Assembly: GCA_904063045.1 (NCBI GenBank)
Contig: CAJFCJ010000019.1
Span: 3,230,684-3,294,683, forward strand
DNA length: 64,000 bases
Direction of reading: 5' to 3'
From: Dimorphilus gyrociliatus
Lineage: Eukaryota; Animalia; Annelida
The notes under the pieces are model-generated. The model made no database searches. It was not told the origin of the DNA and saw only the letters and a program-made list of their open reading frames with translations. Each line of letters starts with the position of its first letter. Position 1 is the stretch's first letter. Position numbers and translations under genes: made by a program. Of this stretch, positions 1 to 11,315 are shown piece after piece.

Positions 1-61
1 GCGTACGGAACTTTTCGCGTAAATCTTTAGCGTTTGACACGCGCTCACTACGGGCATTGGA

Positions 62-2328
62 ATGTGTACGAATTTAACGAAATCTGATACATTTCCCACA
101 GGATGCGAAAGGAGCTTTTCTCTTCATCGGACAGCTACAGATCCTGGCGTTTACTCTTATCAAATTCCTGATAGGTTGGTTTTGGTTCCGTCGGCTGTAG
201 AGAAACAATCGTCTGGCTTAATAAGAGACGTTTTCTATGAATGTAAAAAATTAGCATCTTACGCTCTTCCACTCTCCTTCTCCTTCAACTGTCTTGTCTT
301 CAAAAGTAAACCTTTAATCAATAGACAAAATGAATATGGTATAGTTGTTGTTTTGTGCCCATCAAGCCATGGAGTAGAGGATCAAAGGTGGAGGAACTAT
401 GGCGAAGCAGAGCTTATTGGGGCATGCTTTGCTCCTAAATTTATTAAACCAGGTTTGTTTTATATTTCAAAAGTTACAGCTAAGTTTTTCTTAAGTCAGT
501 AGTTAATCAAATCAAAACTAGCTTCATAGAATGAATGGTTGACTGTGGCGGCGAGATCAAACGAAGTATTTCTATACCAACAAAAGTCCGTATTCGACTA
601 GGTTAAACGTTTATCGTCAGACAGTTTTGATGAATGCATAAGTTAGACATAATCTTTCTCTGTTAAGAAAATATAGAATTTCAAAAAGTTTTTATCCTCT
701 TATCTAATTGAAGAAGCTTTATACTTAAAATGGTGCTGATTTTATATTCAACTATATGGTACGCTCATATGGTTTTCCAGCACGAAGCTTTTAGGCTATT
801 CAATATTGATTTAAGCGATTGCTGACAGCCTACAGCAGTATTCTTTCTATAGGATTTAAAGCACAAGTAGGCCTAAACAGGCGCGGCGTCGAAGTTTTGA
901 ATCTATAGACGTGTATTGACACTGGTTTTTACGCCTAACGGAACGACTGTGGAATTCGAGGATTGTTCGGTATTTGAGTATTGCTTTAAGATTTATCGAA
1001 GGGTTTTTTCTTTAAATCTTTACTTTAGGCCCAAAGTATTTAGTCTTTTGGCGTTATCGTCTAAAGTTATGCGCCGGAAATGTATTATTTCGTGGCACTT
1101 TATCTACTATATCGCATTTCGTTTAATTTGCGTTTCAAATTTTCCAGGTAAACTTCGAATACGACTGGTATCAAACTACATTAAACCGGATATTGTGCAG
1201 GACGAAGCAGGATTTTTTAAAGAGGAGAATCATTTTAGAGGTGGACAAGTGGAAAAACAATTCGCATGCTTGAATAAGGTTCGTGGGAATGAAATAATGA
1301 TAATATAAAAACACGCTATCACTACAATGGTTGTCATAACATTCGTTTCCGTTACGCTAATTACTTTAGCAGTGGTTGACACTGCGGCTTCAAAGTATTT
1401 TTGATAAACATTTGTCCTTTGTTAACAGGGAAATGGTGATTTATGCACGGGTAAAGTAGTGGTTGAGAGCGTTAGAGGGGAAACAAGCGAAACAATCTTT
1501 GAAATCAACTTATACTGGAAGAATAAAATAACACCTGATATAAATGATACTGATGAACAATGGGCTCTTTTAGCGATCAAGGAATTAGCTTGTAAGTATT
1601 TCAGATCACTGCAAATGTGTATATAATAATGTAAATATAGGCCCTAAATACCTAAATAAACGTGACCTTTGACCGAAACCTCAAATGGTCAGTTTCGCAT
1701 ATGTATATATAGCGCACGTCGTACGCGTGTCTGTTTGTTCAAAACCGCGTGGCAGGTAGGGGCCTTGTAATCGAATTTACTTTTCCCATCATTCAATATT
1801 TCTTACACGTTTAGGTATGCTTCGAATAAATGACGAAGAAAACTGGCGTATTTTAGCTCATGAATTGCACGTTAGCGAAGCTGAAATCTCGTACACCTTA
1901 ACACCCTCCCCAGATCCGATTGCAAGATTATTTTTATTATACAAACGACGCGGTGGAACACCTCAGCGATTCGTGCAATCATTGTATGCTGCCAGTAGGC
2001 TTGTTAGTGTCTCATCTTCCCTACCAACTCGAACGGTAGAAACAAATGTTTCCGACTTGAATAGTGACGAAGTAAAAAAGAGAATTCGAGAAGCTCTACG
2101 TAATATAGATGACAAAGATAAGACAGAAGACGACGAGGATGCAACCATCATATGTGAGTTTTTCAAATGAGATAGTATCAATTTTTTTCTAACTCGATTT
2201 AAATTCTAGTATCTCAAGCCGATTGGAATAAAGAGATGTACGCACCTCTGACCCCTCCAATATCACCAATGAAACGCAAATCTAGTGAAGAAGACAGGGT
2301 GAATTTTAAGAAGCGTTGTGCCCAATGA
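62..2328 (+). CDS. Multi-exon gene ending in a death-domain-like region, possibly ZU5/UPA-death-domain type (UNC5CL/DTHD1-like). 5' exons unresolved; the gene may start before the window.
   Basis: The 3' exons join in frame through GT-AG introns: GNGDLCTGKVVVES...QWALLAIKELA-C-MLRINDEENWRILAHELHVSEAEI...FVQSLYAA (W-x2-LA-x2-L-x-V/F-S pattern of death-domain helices), then LSQADW...KRKSSEEDRVNFKKRCAQ* with TGA at 2326-2328. Upstream ORF pieces 62-502 and 916-1308 could not be joined unambiguously. Confidence 0.45.
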
Positions 2329-3034
2329 AAAAATTTTTACACTAATCTGCTCCTTTTTTTACTTTGGATCTCGTTTCCTGTTAACTGGCATTTAATATAT
2401 TGTATGCATTTAACCGTGATCGTGTTCCCAGCCAACTAGCCTTAATTTATTTTTATAAGTTTGATCATGTTCAAGATTTGATACTGAATAGAGGATGTAT
2501 TATAGTATTGTAGATATTTTTGTATCCCTCAAGTGTTCTTTTGAAGTTTGCTTAATGCTATGCGTTGACTTATAACCCGTATACTTTTACTTATCATGTC
2601 CGTCCATCTTGTATTAATATACGCGTTGGTTTAAGTAGTAAAATAGTATCTAGTTTCGATTTTAAGCACAAAGTTTTTAGAAACGAGAAATAGCAAAATA
2701 TCATAACTGTTAGATATCACTTTTCACGAATAAATGTTAATATAAATACAGTATTATGCCCTATCATATAAAGGTGTGTATATAATTTGTAAGATACGAA
2801 AAATATGAAAACCAATGCTAACAATTTTCTCAGCAGTAGCGACATGTAGGGAAATAGTATCGAAATGAAAGAAAAGCAGTAACAACATGGTAATATAAAT
2901 GTGTAATTTTTTTTAGCACTTGCAATGATTGCTGGAATTTTGCGTCTAGAAATCTGTTATCAAGTCTATTTAGAAAGGCTAAATCATAAGTTACGAATGA
3001 GATAATAGCTATAAAAGATAAATGTCAAGCAGAA

Positions 3035-6000
3035 TTAAGCCGTTGAATCATCTGGAGTTGACCGCGTTATTTTCATAGAATCGCTAGTTCCATCTGAACT
3101 AGCCACAGAATGATCAATATCGCCATCATCACTATCGTCCAGAGCAGCTATGCCTCGCGAGGTTAATATGCTGTGACGTCCCATTCGTCTGAAGAATTAC
3201 ATATTAATTAAATACATTGGAAATAGTCTGAATCGAGTTCATGCGGCAAATATGTTAGAAAGAATATAATTAATATTAGAGCTGTCTGTAAATCATTAAG
3301 ATAAGACATACATCTTTCTAAGCAATTGAATAGTATAGATGATAAAAATAGGTCATGCTAGACAAATATATAATGCAGTTTTACCGTTAACTGCTTCAGT
3401 TTTCACCCCCGCTTTTGATAAGATTGGAGATTATACACTAAATAAAATCGGAAGAAACTATTCTACACTTACCCCGAGAGACCTTGATTAGCATTTCTTA
3501 ATTTGGCTTTTAAAGTTTCGTTTTCTATTTGTAGATTATGAATAGTTTCATTTGCCTCGTCCAATTCTCGGTGGATTTTCCTTTTTTGTTGATTTACTCT
3601 ACTAGTTTCCTCTTCACCTTCAGCCAATTGCCTTTTAACAAGTTTAACTTTATTATTAGCTTGTTCCATTTGTTCTTTCATTTGCTCTGCGATTCTACGT
3701 TCGTCGTCAATAGCCATTTGCATATCTTTCAATTTCTTGTCAGCTTTTCGAGTCTGTCTACTTAACAGCGTCTTTTCACGAAGTTCCTGAAATTGGAAAA
3801 TTTAAGTAGAATAAAAATAATTTTTAAATATTTCAAGTTTATACTTTATCCAATTGTCCTTCCAGAGTCACAATTTTTCCTTCTAGCTGTTGTCGATTCG
3901 TGCGATTTATGGTCTGCACTTGGTCTTCAAGTTCAGCTATCTTGGACTTCAAGTCTCTATTCTGTCGTCCTAATTTTTCGCATTCAACTTCCATTTTTTG
4001 CGCATTGCCTCGTTCTGACTGAAGTTCGCTGGTTATCTGCTCAACCTGTTGCTGTAATTTTCGTAACCTGTAAGGGAAATATAAGACTTAATGATGTACT
4101 TGATTAAACAATGTTAACTATAAATCTTACTTTTCTTCCAGGGCTTCTGAATGGCTTTGCTCATCATCTAATTCTTCTTCTAGTTCCGTTAAACGACCAT
4201 CTAATTTTTTCTTTTCTTCTATTGCTGAATTCTTTAGAGATTCCACGGTGGCTAAGTCATTCAGTGCCTCATCTCTCTCGGCTTCAGCCATTTTCTTTAC
4301 TCTTTCCATATTTTGGAAAATGTCATTGGTTTGTTGTAATTCTCCTTCGAGTTGCTTAACTCGTCTCTCAAGTTGCCTCAATTTGTTGATAGCTTCATCC
4401 TTTTGTTGAAAAGCCTCCTGAGCCTCCTTCTGATACTGCTGAGCAGTTACTGAAGCTCGTTTCAAAGCTTTATTAGTTTCATCCCTTCCTCTAATTGCAT
4501 TTTCCAAAGCTTCGTCTTTGCTATTTAGTTGGAATTCTAATTTCTTTTTTTCAGAAAGAATTGTATTTTTTTGTTTTCTTTCTTCATCTAAGTGATTTTC
4601 CAAATCTCTTAATTGTCTAAGTAGAGCTCGTCTAGCGTCTTCTTCACTTTCCTCCTTCGCAGCTCTCTCTCTTTCCATTTGTTGTTTGAGAGCATTGTAC
4701 GTGACTTCAATTCTAGATTTAGCATCTTCCGCCAGAAGCACCTCGTCTTCTCGTTCTATCAAAAGCTGCTCCAACTCTTGAATTTTATCATTCAATAATC
4801 TGTTATTTCGTTCTAATTCAGCAGCGTTTTGACCTTTAGCGTCTTTACTGGAGATAATCTCATCTAATTCTAATTTTTGTCTTTTATTTATTCTGTCCAG
4901 TTCATTCATCCTGACAGCAACATCTTCTACTTCTCTTTGGAGGGTTAGAATTTTAGTCTCTTTATCTCTGCATTCGCTTGCGATTTGATCGCGTTCAGCG
5001 ACGACTTTATCTCGAGCTACTCTCTCTTCAGCCATTCCTTGGTCGAACTTTCTAGCTTTACGGTCCAAAGTTGCAAGCTGATTGCGTGACTGAGCAACTT
5101 CATTTAGAGCGTCTTCCAATTCAGTTTGGTACTTATTTCTGGATTTTAGCGCTTTGTCAAGATCTAGTTGCATAGCAGAAAGGCGATCTTCCAATTCAAT
5201 GATGTCTCTGGAAAGTTTTGATTTGGATTCTTCTGCTGTTTTAGCGGCTAATGATTCAGCCTCTAGATTTCTCTTTAGATCAGCTTCTTTTCTCTCTCTT
5301 TCATTCAGTTTTGCTTCGTATTTTCCTTTCAGCTCTTCTAACTCTACAATTTGATCATTAAGATTGTCGTTTTCTCTCTCCAGAGTTCTGAGTTGATTTT
5401 GAAACGAGAGTTTTCCCCTAGTTTCGTCTTCAAGATTGGCTTGATTGTCATGCAATTGGCCTTCAAGAAATTCCACCTGCTTCTTGGATTGGGCAAGCAA
5501 AGATTCAGCTGCTGCTAGTTGTTGGCTGTAACTATCAATTTCTAACAGTAATTTACTGGATCTTTCTTGTAAATCATTTCTTTCGCCTTCGGCTTCATTT
5601 AGACGCAGCTGATAATCAGCATTACTAGATTCAGCAATTTTTCGTTTCCTATCTGCTTCTGATTTGGCACTCTGTAGTAGTTTATTTTCATTCATTAAAT
5701 CGCTATTTTCGGCCTCTAAAGTAACTCGAGTCTTCTCCAAAGTTCCCTTTTGTTTTCTCACTTGGTCTAACTGCTCATTTAGTTGTTCTACTTGTTGAAG
5801 GTTTTTTTGTTTTAGAGCAGCAATTGTTCTATCTGCCGATTTTTTTTCGTCTTCTATAGCATGTATAGTTTTCTTCAATTCGTCATCCCGTTTTCTCTGC
5901 AGGTCGTGAACTGCCTGATTATGATCTTGGGTCTCCTCCAATTCATTTTTCATTTTTTCAAAATCATTTTCCAATTCTTTTCGTTGATGATCGACACGCT

Positions 6001-9000
6001 TTCTCTTTTCACGCTCTTCTTTTAAATCTTCATGGGCTTCAGTAATTTGAGCTTCGAGATCTCTTATTTGCCTTTGCATGGATGTTCTCCCTGTTACTTC
6101 TTCTTCAATTTGGGTTAAAGCATTTTGTAACTCATTTTCTCTTTTGCTTAATTGAGTTTGTAATTCTGTGAGCTGCTCCATTTTTTCGTTTAGTTGGTCT
6201 TTTACTTCTACTAATTCCTGTTCTAGTCGTCTTTTAGCTTTTTCTAAATTAACTCTCAACTCTTGCTCCTTCCTAAGCCTATCTTCCAAATCTTTAATAG
6301 TATTCTCATATTTTGTCTTTAGCCGTCCCAACCCTTTTCCTTTTTCTTCCTCCTCCCCAAGTGACTGAGTTAAATCGTTTACTCTCTCCTCCAAAGTCTT
6401 TTTCTCTTTTGCAGTTCTCTGTAAAGTGTCTTCAAGCATAGCCGAAGTTTCTTCAAATTTTTTCAATTTAGTTTCCATTTGCATTTTTTCCATTTGTATT
6501 TTTTGCCTCATTTGTTCTTCATCCTCTAATTGATCTTCCAAGTCTTTTAATAAACCTTGAAGCTTGTTTTTCTCTCTTGAAACTTCCTCTATTCTTTGGA
6601 CTTCTTCTTCACATCTAGTTCCCATATCAGTTAACATATCTTCCAGCTCTTTTTTTCGTTCTTGCAAACGAAGACGTTCTTCATCTGCTTCTTGTGCTGT
6701 CTCAGCTTCTTGACGAAGTTTTTCACTAAGGATGTTCTTTTCCTCTGCTAACTGAGCAACCTGGTCTCGCATTACGGTTACATCTCGTTCTGCATTTTCC
6801 AACATTCGAGATGCGTCTTTATACTTTGTTTCCATGTTTTGTAGTACCTCTTCATGTTTAGTAGCTTGTAAAATAGGCTTAACTTTCGTAAAGAGTCGCC
6901 ACCATTGCCAGTTTCTCAGTTTCAAATATGCTGCACAATTTCTTTGAATTACCTTGAGTGCATTTAATTGTTGTTGCCTCTTATTCAACTGTCGACGAGC
7001 AAGACATCCTCGGCAGTACGCTTGAAACTGTATTATCAAATCTGTCAAACGCAAATCTCTTTCCTCTTCAAGATGAGCTAAAACACCCGCTCTGAAGAAG
7101 ATTTTAGATTGCCCAATACGGAATAAATTAGTATCAAGTTCCAAAGATTGTAACATTCGTCTGCAAGCTTCTTTCCCATCCATAAATCCACGAGGAATAA
7201 CGTTAGGAGTAAGCAATTCATATCGTTGTCTAAATTCCTGAAAGAGTATTCGATTTGGAAACCCTTGTCGACAAATTCTTATTCCCTCCAACACACCATT
7301 ACATCTTAATTGATCCAAGACCAAATGAGCATCTATTTTTCCAGCCTTCTTCTCGTGATTTGGAATGATACAACGAACAAAATTTGGATTGGTATTGTTT
7401 AATGTGGACATTAACCTCGAAAGCTGCTCCTTATACAATCCACCAACAGTTCTAAACATTCCCTTACGCGTTCTTGCACCAAACTGAGATTCTGCTGATG
7501 CCATATTACTCATTCCTATAATTTCTGCGTCTTTCCAAATATTTTTAATGAAAGTATCATTTGATTCTTGAAGTAGCTGTACAACATTTTCATTCAAGGG
7601 GTCCATATTTTTCAAAAGCCATTGATCGCACGAATAATCTACATCACCAGCGTAATGTCTAAGAGTAAAGGAAATATTATTTTTCCTCAAAGCTTCTGGT
7701 TTTTTGAATTTTGGATGATTAGAATGTTGTTGAATTAATTTATTTATCAAAGTTTTATCGTTTGCCTTTGGAAACCAGCACTCTTCATCTATGAGAGACA
7801 AAATACCAACAGGTTTTTCAAGGAGGTCAATGGTTGGTTGAAGATCTAATCCAAAATCAATGAATGTCCATTCGATGCCTTCGCGTTTGTATTCTTCTTG
7901 CTCCATAATGAACATAGTGTGGTTAAACAGCTGTTGCAACTTCTCATTGGTATAGTTGATGCAAAGTTGTTCAAAGGAATTCAACTGAAAAAAAATAATA
8001 AATTAAAAAATTGTTAATTAGTTTTCATAATACGAGGAAACAAAAAAATTTCTTTATATCTTCTATCCAATCAATTATCTATCATCGAACGTTTCAGCTA
8101 AAGTATTAATAATCTATAATTCTAATTATCGAAACAACACGACAAACGTAAAATCCCAGAAAATCTAAAATAAAAATAATAATAACAACAACAATTCGCC
8201 GGAAGTCAGCTTACCTTATCAACACCCTGGAAGATTTACACACAAGGATAAATGATTATTTCAGAAAAACTTCCGCAAATTAAAAATATCTATTATTCAC
8301 CGTATCATAATGATTGACTCACGAAAATGCATAAATGTTACTCACATGAAAAATTTCAAATCCGGCTATGTCTAAAATACCAATGAATGATGCTCCTTGT
8401 CGTTTGGTCCTATCAAGAGATTTGTTAATTCTTTGAACCAACCACTTAAACATTCTTTCATATATGGCCTTGCTGATAGCTTCTACTGCAAATTCGACTT
8501 GTTCCTTTGTTTGCGCTTTATTAACGTACTCTCTTCCCACGCGTATTCTTGGTCTGAGGAATGCTCTAGTCATTTCCGTTACGGGAACTCCTAGAAGATG
8601 GCAAGCTTTTTGTGCAACAGTATTATCTGGAAGAGTTGCTTGTTCCTGGCGTGCATCCGCCTTTATTTTAATGTTTCCTAATTGCAATACTGCGGAAATT
8701 GTTTTCAAAACTGCTAGTATTTCTTCTTCCACAAATCCCATGATATTCATAGCATCTAAGAGCTGTTTATACATATCAATATCATCAGTTCCTGGAACGG
8801 GTACTTGACCATAAGTTAAATATCTATATTCTTTTATGTCTTGTAATAGTAGCTGGCTTCTCTGCTCCGGATCTTTACAGCCGGCAAGTAACTGGTAAAA
8901 TATGTGGAAGCTTCTCTCATCAGGAGCTTGACGAACAGCTCGTGATTTTTCCAGTAAATAGGTCTCAATGTTAGCTCCAGATATGAAGCCAGAGGTATCA

Positions 9001-10945
9001 AAATTGATGCGTATAAATTTACCAAAACGAGAGGAGTTGTCATTTTTAACTGTTTTGGCATTTCCGAAGGCTTCAAGAATTGGATTAGCCTCCAGCAGTT
9101 GATTTTCTAGTTCTCCCTTTAAAAAGATTTATCATGTTTACTGTCAAATTACTTTTTAATAAATTGAAATTGCATGCAAGGACAACAAATGTTTGAACTT
9201 AAAATATATCTAAATTCTCAAGAGGTAGCCAAATATGTTAGACTGCCTCTACTTATTTATGCCACACGCTATTTTATTACTAAAAAAAGATTTTTCAATT
9301 GGCGCAGGTCCAAAGAATAGTATAAAACCAATTCGTTATTAATAATACGCAACTGTTGTATTATACTAGGCTTGTTAAATGCATAGCGCGCATACTTCCT
9401 TCTAAAGTGCAATTTATAATAAAGTCAGGATAACGTGGCGGCGACAATATCCGTATATATATATACTAAAAAATTGGTATAAGCTTATTCTGTTATCGGA
9501 TTTCTTGATAAGGTTTTATATGAAAAGCCCTCTAATTTATTCTATTATATATATATTAAATATATTATTTATAATGTTAAATGATGGAAAGGGATTGTTT
9601 ACTAGATATAATTGTGGAGTTATAATTAAATAGTAAAACGATAAATTAATATATGTTAGCCTATATAGCTATTCAACAAATGAACAATAAAGATAAGCTA
9701 CTAAACAAATAGTTTGTTTGGTTACTTTAAACCACCACAGCAAACCATAAGCGATAGAGAATTAATTGCGTTTAGGATGGGTTTTAACATCAAGGAAATA
9801 GACACTTCAAAGCCACACCAGAAACCAATACTTACCAAATTAATATCCTTATACTGTCAATCGTAACAAAATGCATTAAGAATAATATAGGGATAGAATT
9901 AACATGCAGCTTTATATCAGTATAATTATAACAATAAGTCATATGCGGAGGTAGCAAAATTTAGCTTGATTCATAGTTTTATTTGTTTACCTTTTCAAAA
10001 ATGTTTCCCTCACTCTGAAGATATCTCGTACTCATGAGCTTAACTTTTACTAAGTATTAGACAAATGTGACTTACCTTCATTTGATCTATAATATTAGAG
10101 GCTGTTTGCTTCTGAGATTTCAAGGAGGCAGCAACATGAGCCAAATATTGAATAACCTTTTTGGTGTTTTCAGTTTTACCAGCTCCAGATTCTCCAGTGC
10201 AGAGGATACTCTGGTCCTCTCTATCCTGTAACATGGAGCGATAAGCAGCATCGGTAATGGCGAAGATGTGAGGAGGAACTTCATGGCGTTTTCTTCCTTT
10301 GTACAGCTCCACAACTTTACCCGAATAAATCGGATAGCTTTTGTACGGATTGATAACAACGCAGAACAAGCCCGAGTAGGTCTACAAGAACATAATTAGG
10401 CATTAACTGGTGATAAATGCTATTAATAGAAGACAGCGAAACTTATGGCTGTCAAGTATAATTTATCATTTCAGCATACGATCAGCTGGCTGCTTTAAAA
10501 TTTTAAAACGGACATGTTTTGCATGCAAAAAAAGTAATATATCAATATACTGAATTAGGCTTACATAGATAAGACCAGAATAATATCGTTCCTTAAGATT
10601 GTGGAGAACGGAAGCTTCATTTAAACAAGTTAACTCAGCCATATCTTCTACTTTGTCAAATTTTGGTGGATTCATCCTTTGGGTGTCATCCTTGTTTACC
10701 TTCACTCTTTGACCATTTTCCTGTATTACTACAATCACTTTTTCTGGATCACTGTCGTCATCTACCGAAGCCTGCACAAATCCTTGCGTCTTGTGTGGTA
10801 CCCATAATAACTTTTTCGCTGCCCAAGAAGCTTGGATGGTTGGATTATTCACCACTCCCCTATTGTCGACAGCCAAGAATTGTAATTCCTGTCCAGACAG
10901 TCCAGTTTCGGTCAAGTCAGCAGTGTCCTGTTTTAAATTTGCCAT
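3035..10945 (-). CDS. MYH10: Non-muscle myosin II heavy chain (zipper/MYH9/MYH10 family), multi-exon
   Basis: ATG at 10945 (MANLKQ...). Motifs: [28 protein letters not shown]-loop [28 protein letters not shown], switch [54 protein letters not shown] region and a long coiled coil. Last exon RMGRHS...STPDDSTA* with TAA at 3035-3037. Confidence 0.97.
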
Positions 10946-11063
10946 ACTCTTAGAATTAAGAGGTTTTCTAGAAATCCTTCCTCTAAATTAGTAAGCAGGA
11001 AGGCGTATTAGTTTTCTTCAGGTGTCGCCGCGGCGCTCGTAGACAAATGTGAAAATGAAGGGT

Positions 11064-11073
11064 GTCACGTGAT
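11064..11073. promoter_or_regulatory. E-box GTCACGTGAT in the myosin II/XAB2 divergent promoter
   Basis: Motif read in the 370-bp head-to-head gap. Confidence 0.5.
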
Positions 11074-11315
11074 AAAGTTTTCGAATAAAACTTGCCTTTT
11101 ATAATAATGTAGAAGTAAAAAAAAAGATTTTTTTTAATTTTTTGTAAGAAGTTAACTATATTTGAGAAGTCAATTATGAAATTCCAACTTTTTAGACGAG
11201 AAAAAAATTTGCGCGGTTAGAATAGCGTTTTGCGATATTTACAAATATTTCTTCAGAATATTATCTCTAACTTTATTCAAAAAAAACAGTGAGGGCTGGT
11301 CTAATATTTTTAAAT

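Noticed and set aside
1670-1697. Apparent pseudoknot TGACC/GGTCA plus GAAAC/GTTTC
   Set aside because: Zero-length connecting loops make the topology implausible; better explained as nuclear-receptor half-sites.
3431-3437. Alternative myosin acceptor giving ...LSGV*
   Set aside because: Would need a 35-nt intron, shorter than any other intron inferred here (about 47 nt or more).
3538-8808. Plus-strand ORFs (3538, 3793, 4111, 5154, 6168, 8397, 8464) opposite myosin
   Set aside because: Antisense shadows of a Glu/Lys-rich coiled-coil gene; hydrophobic or Ser-rich gibberish with no motifs.
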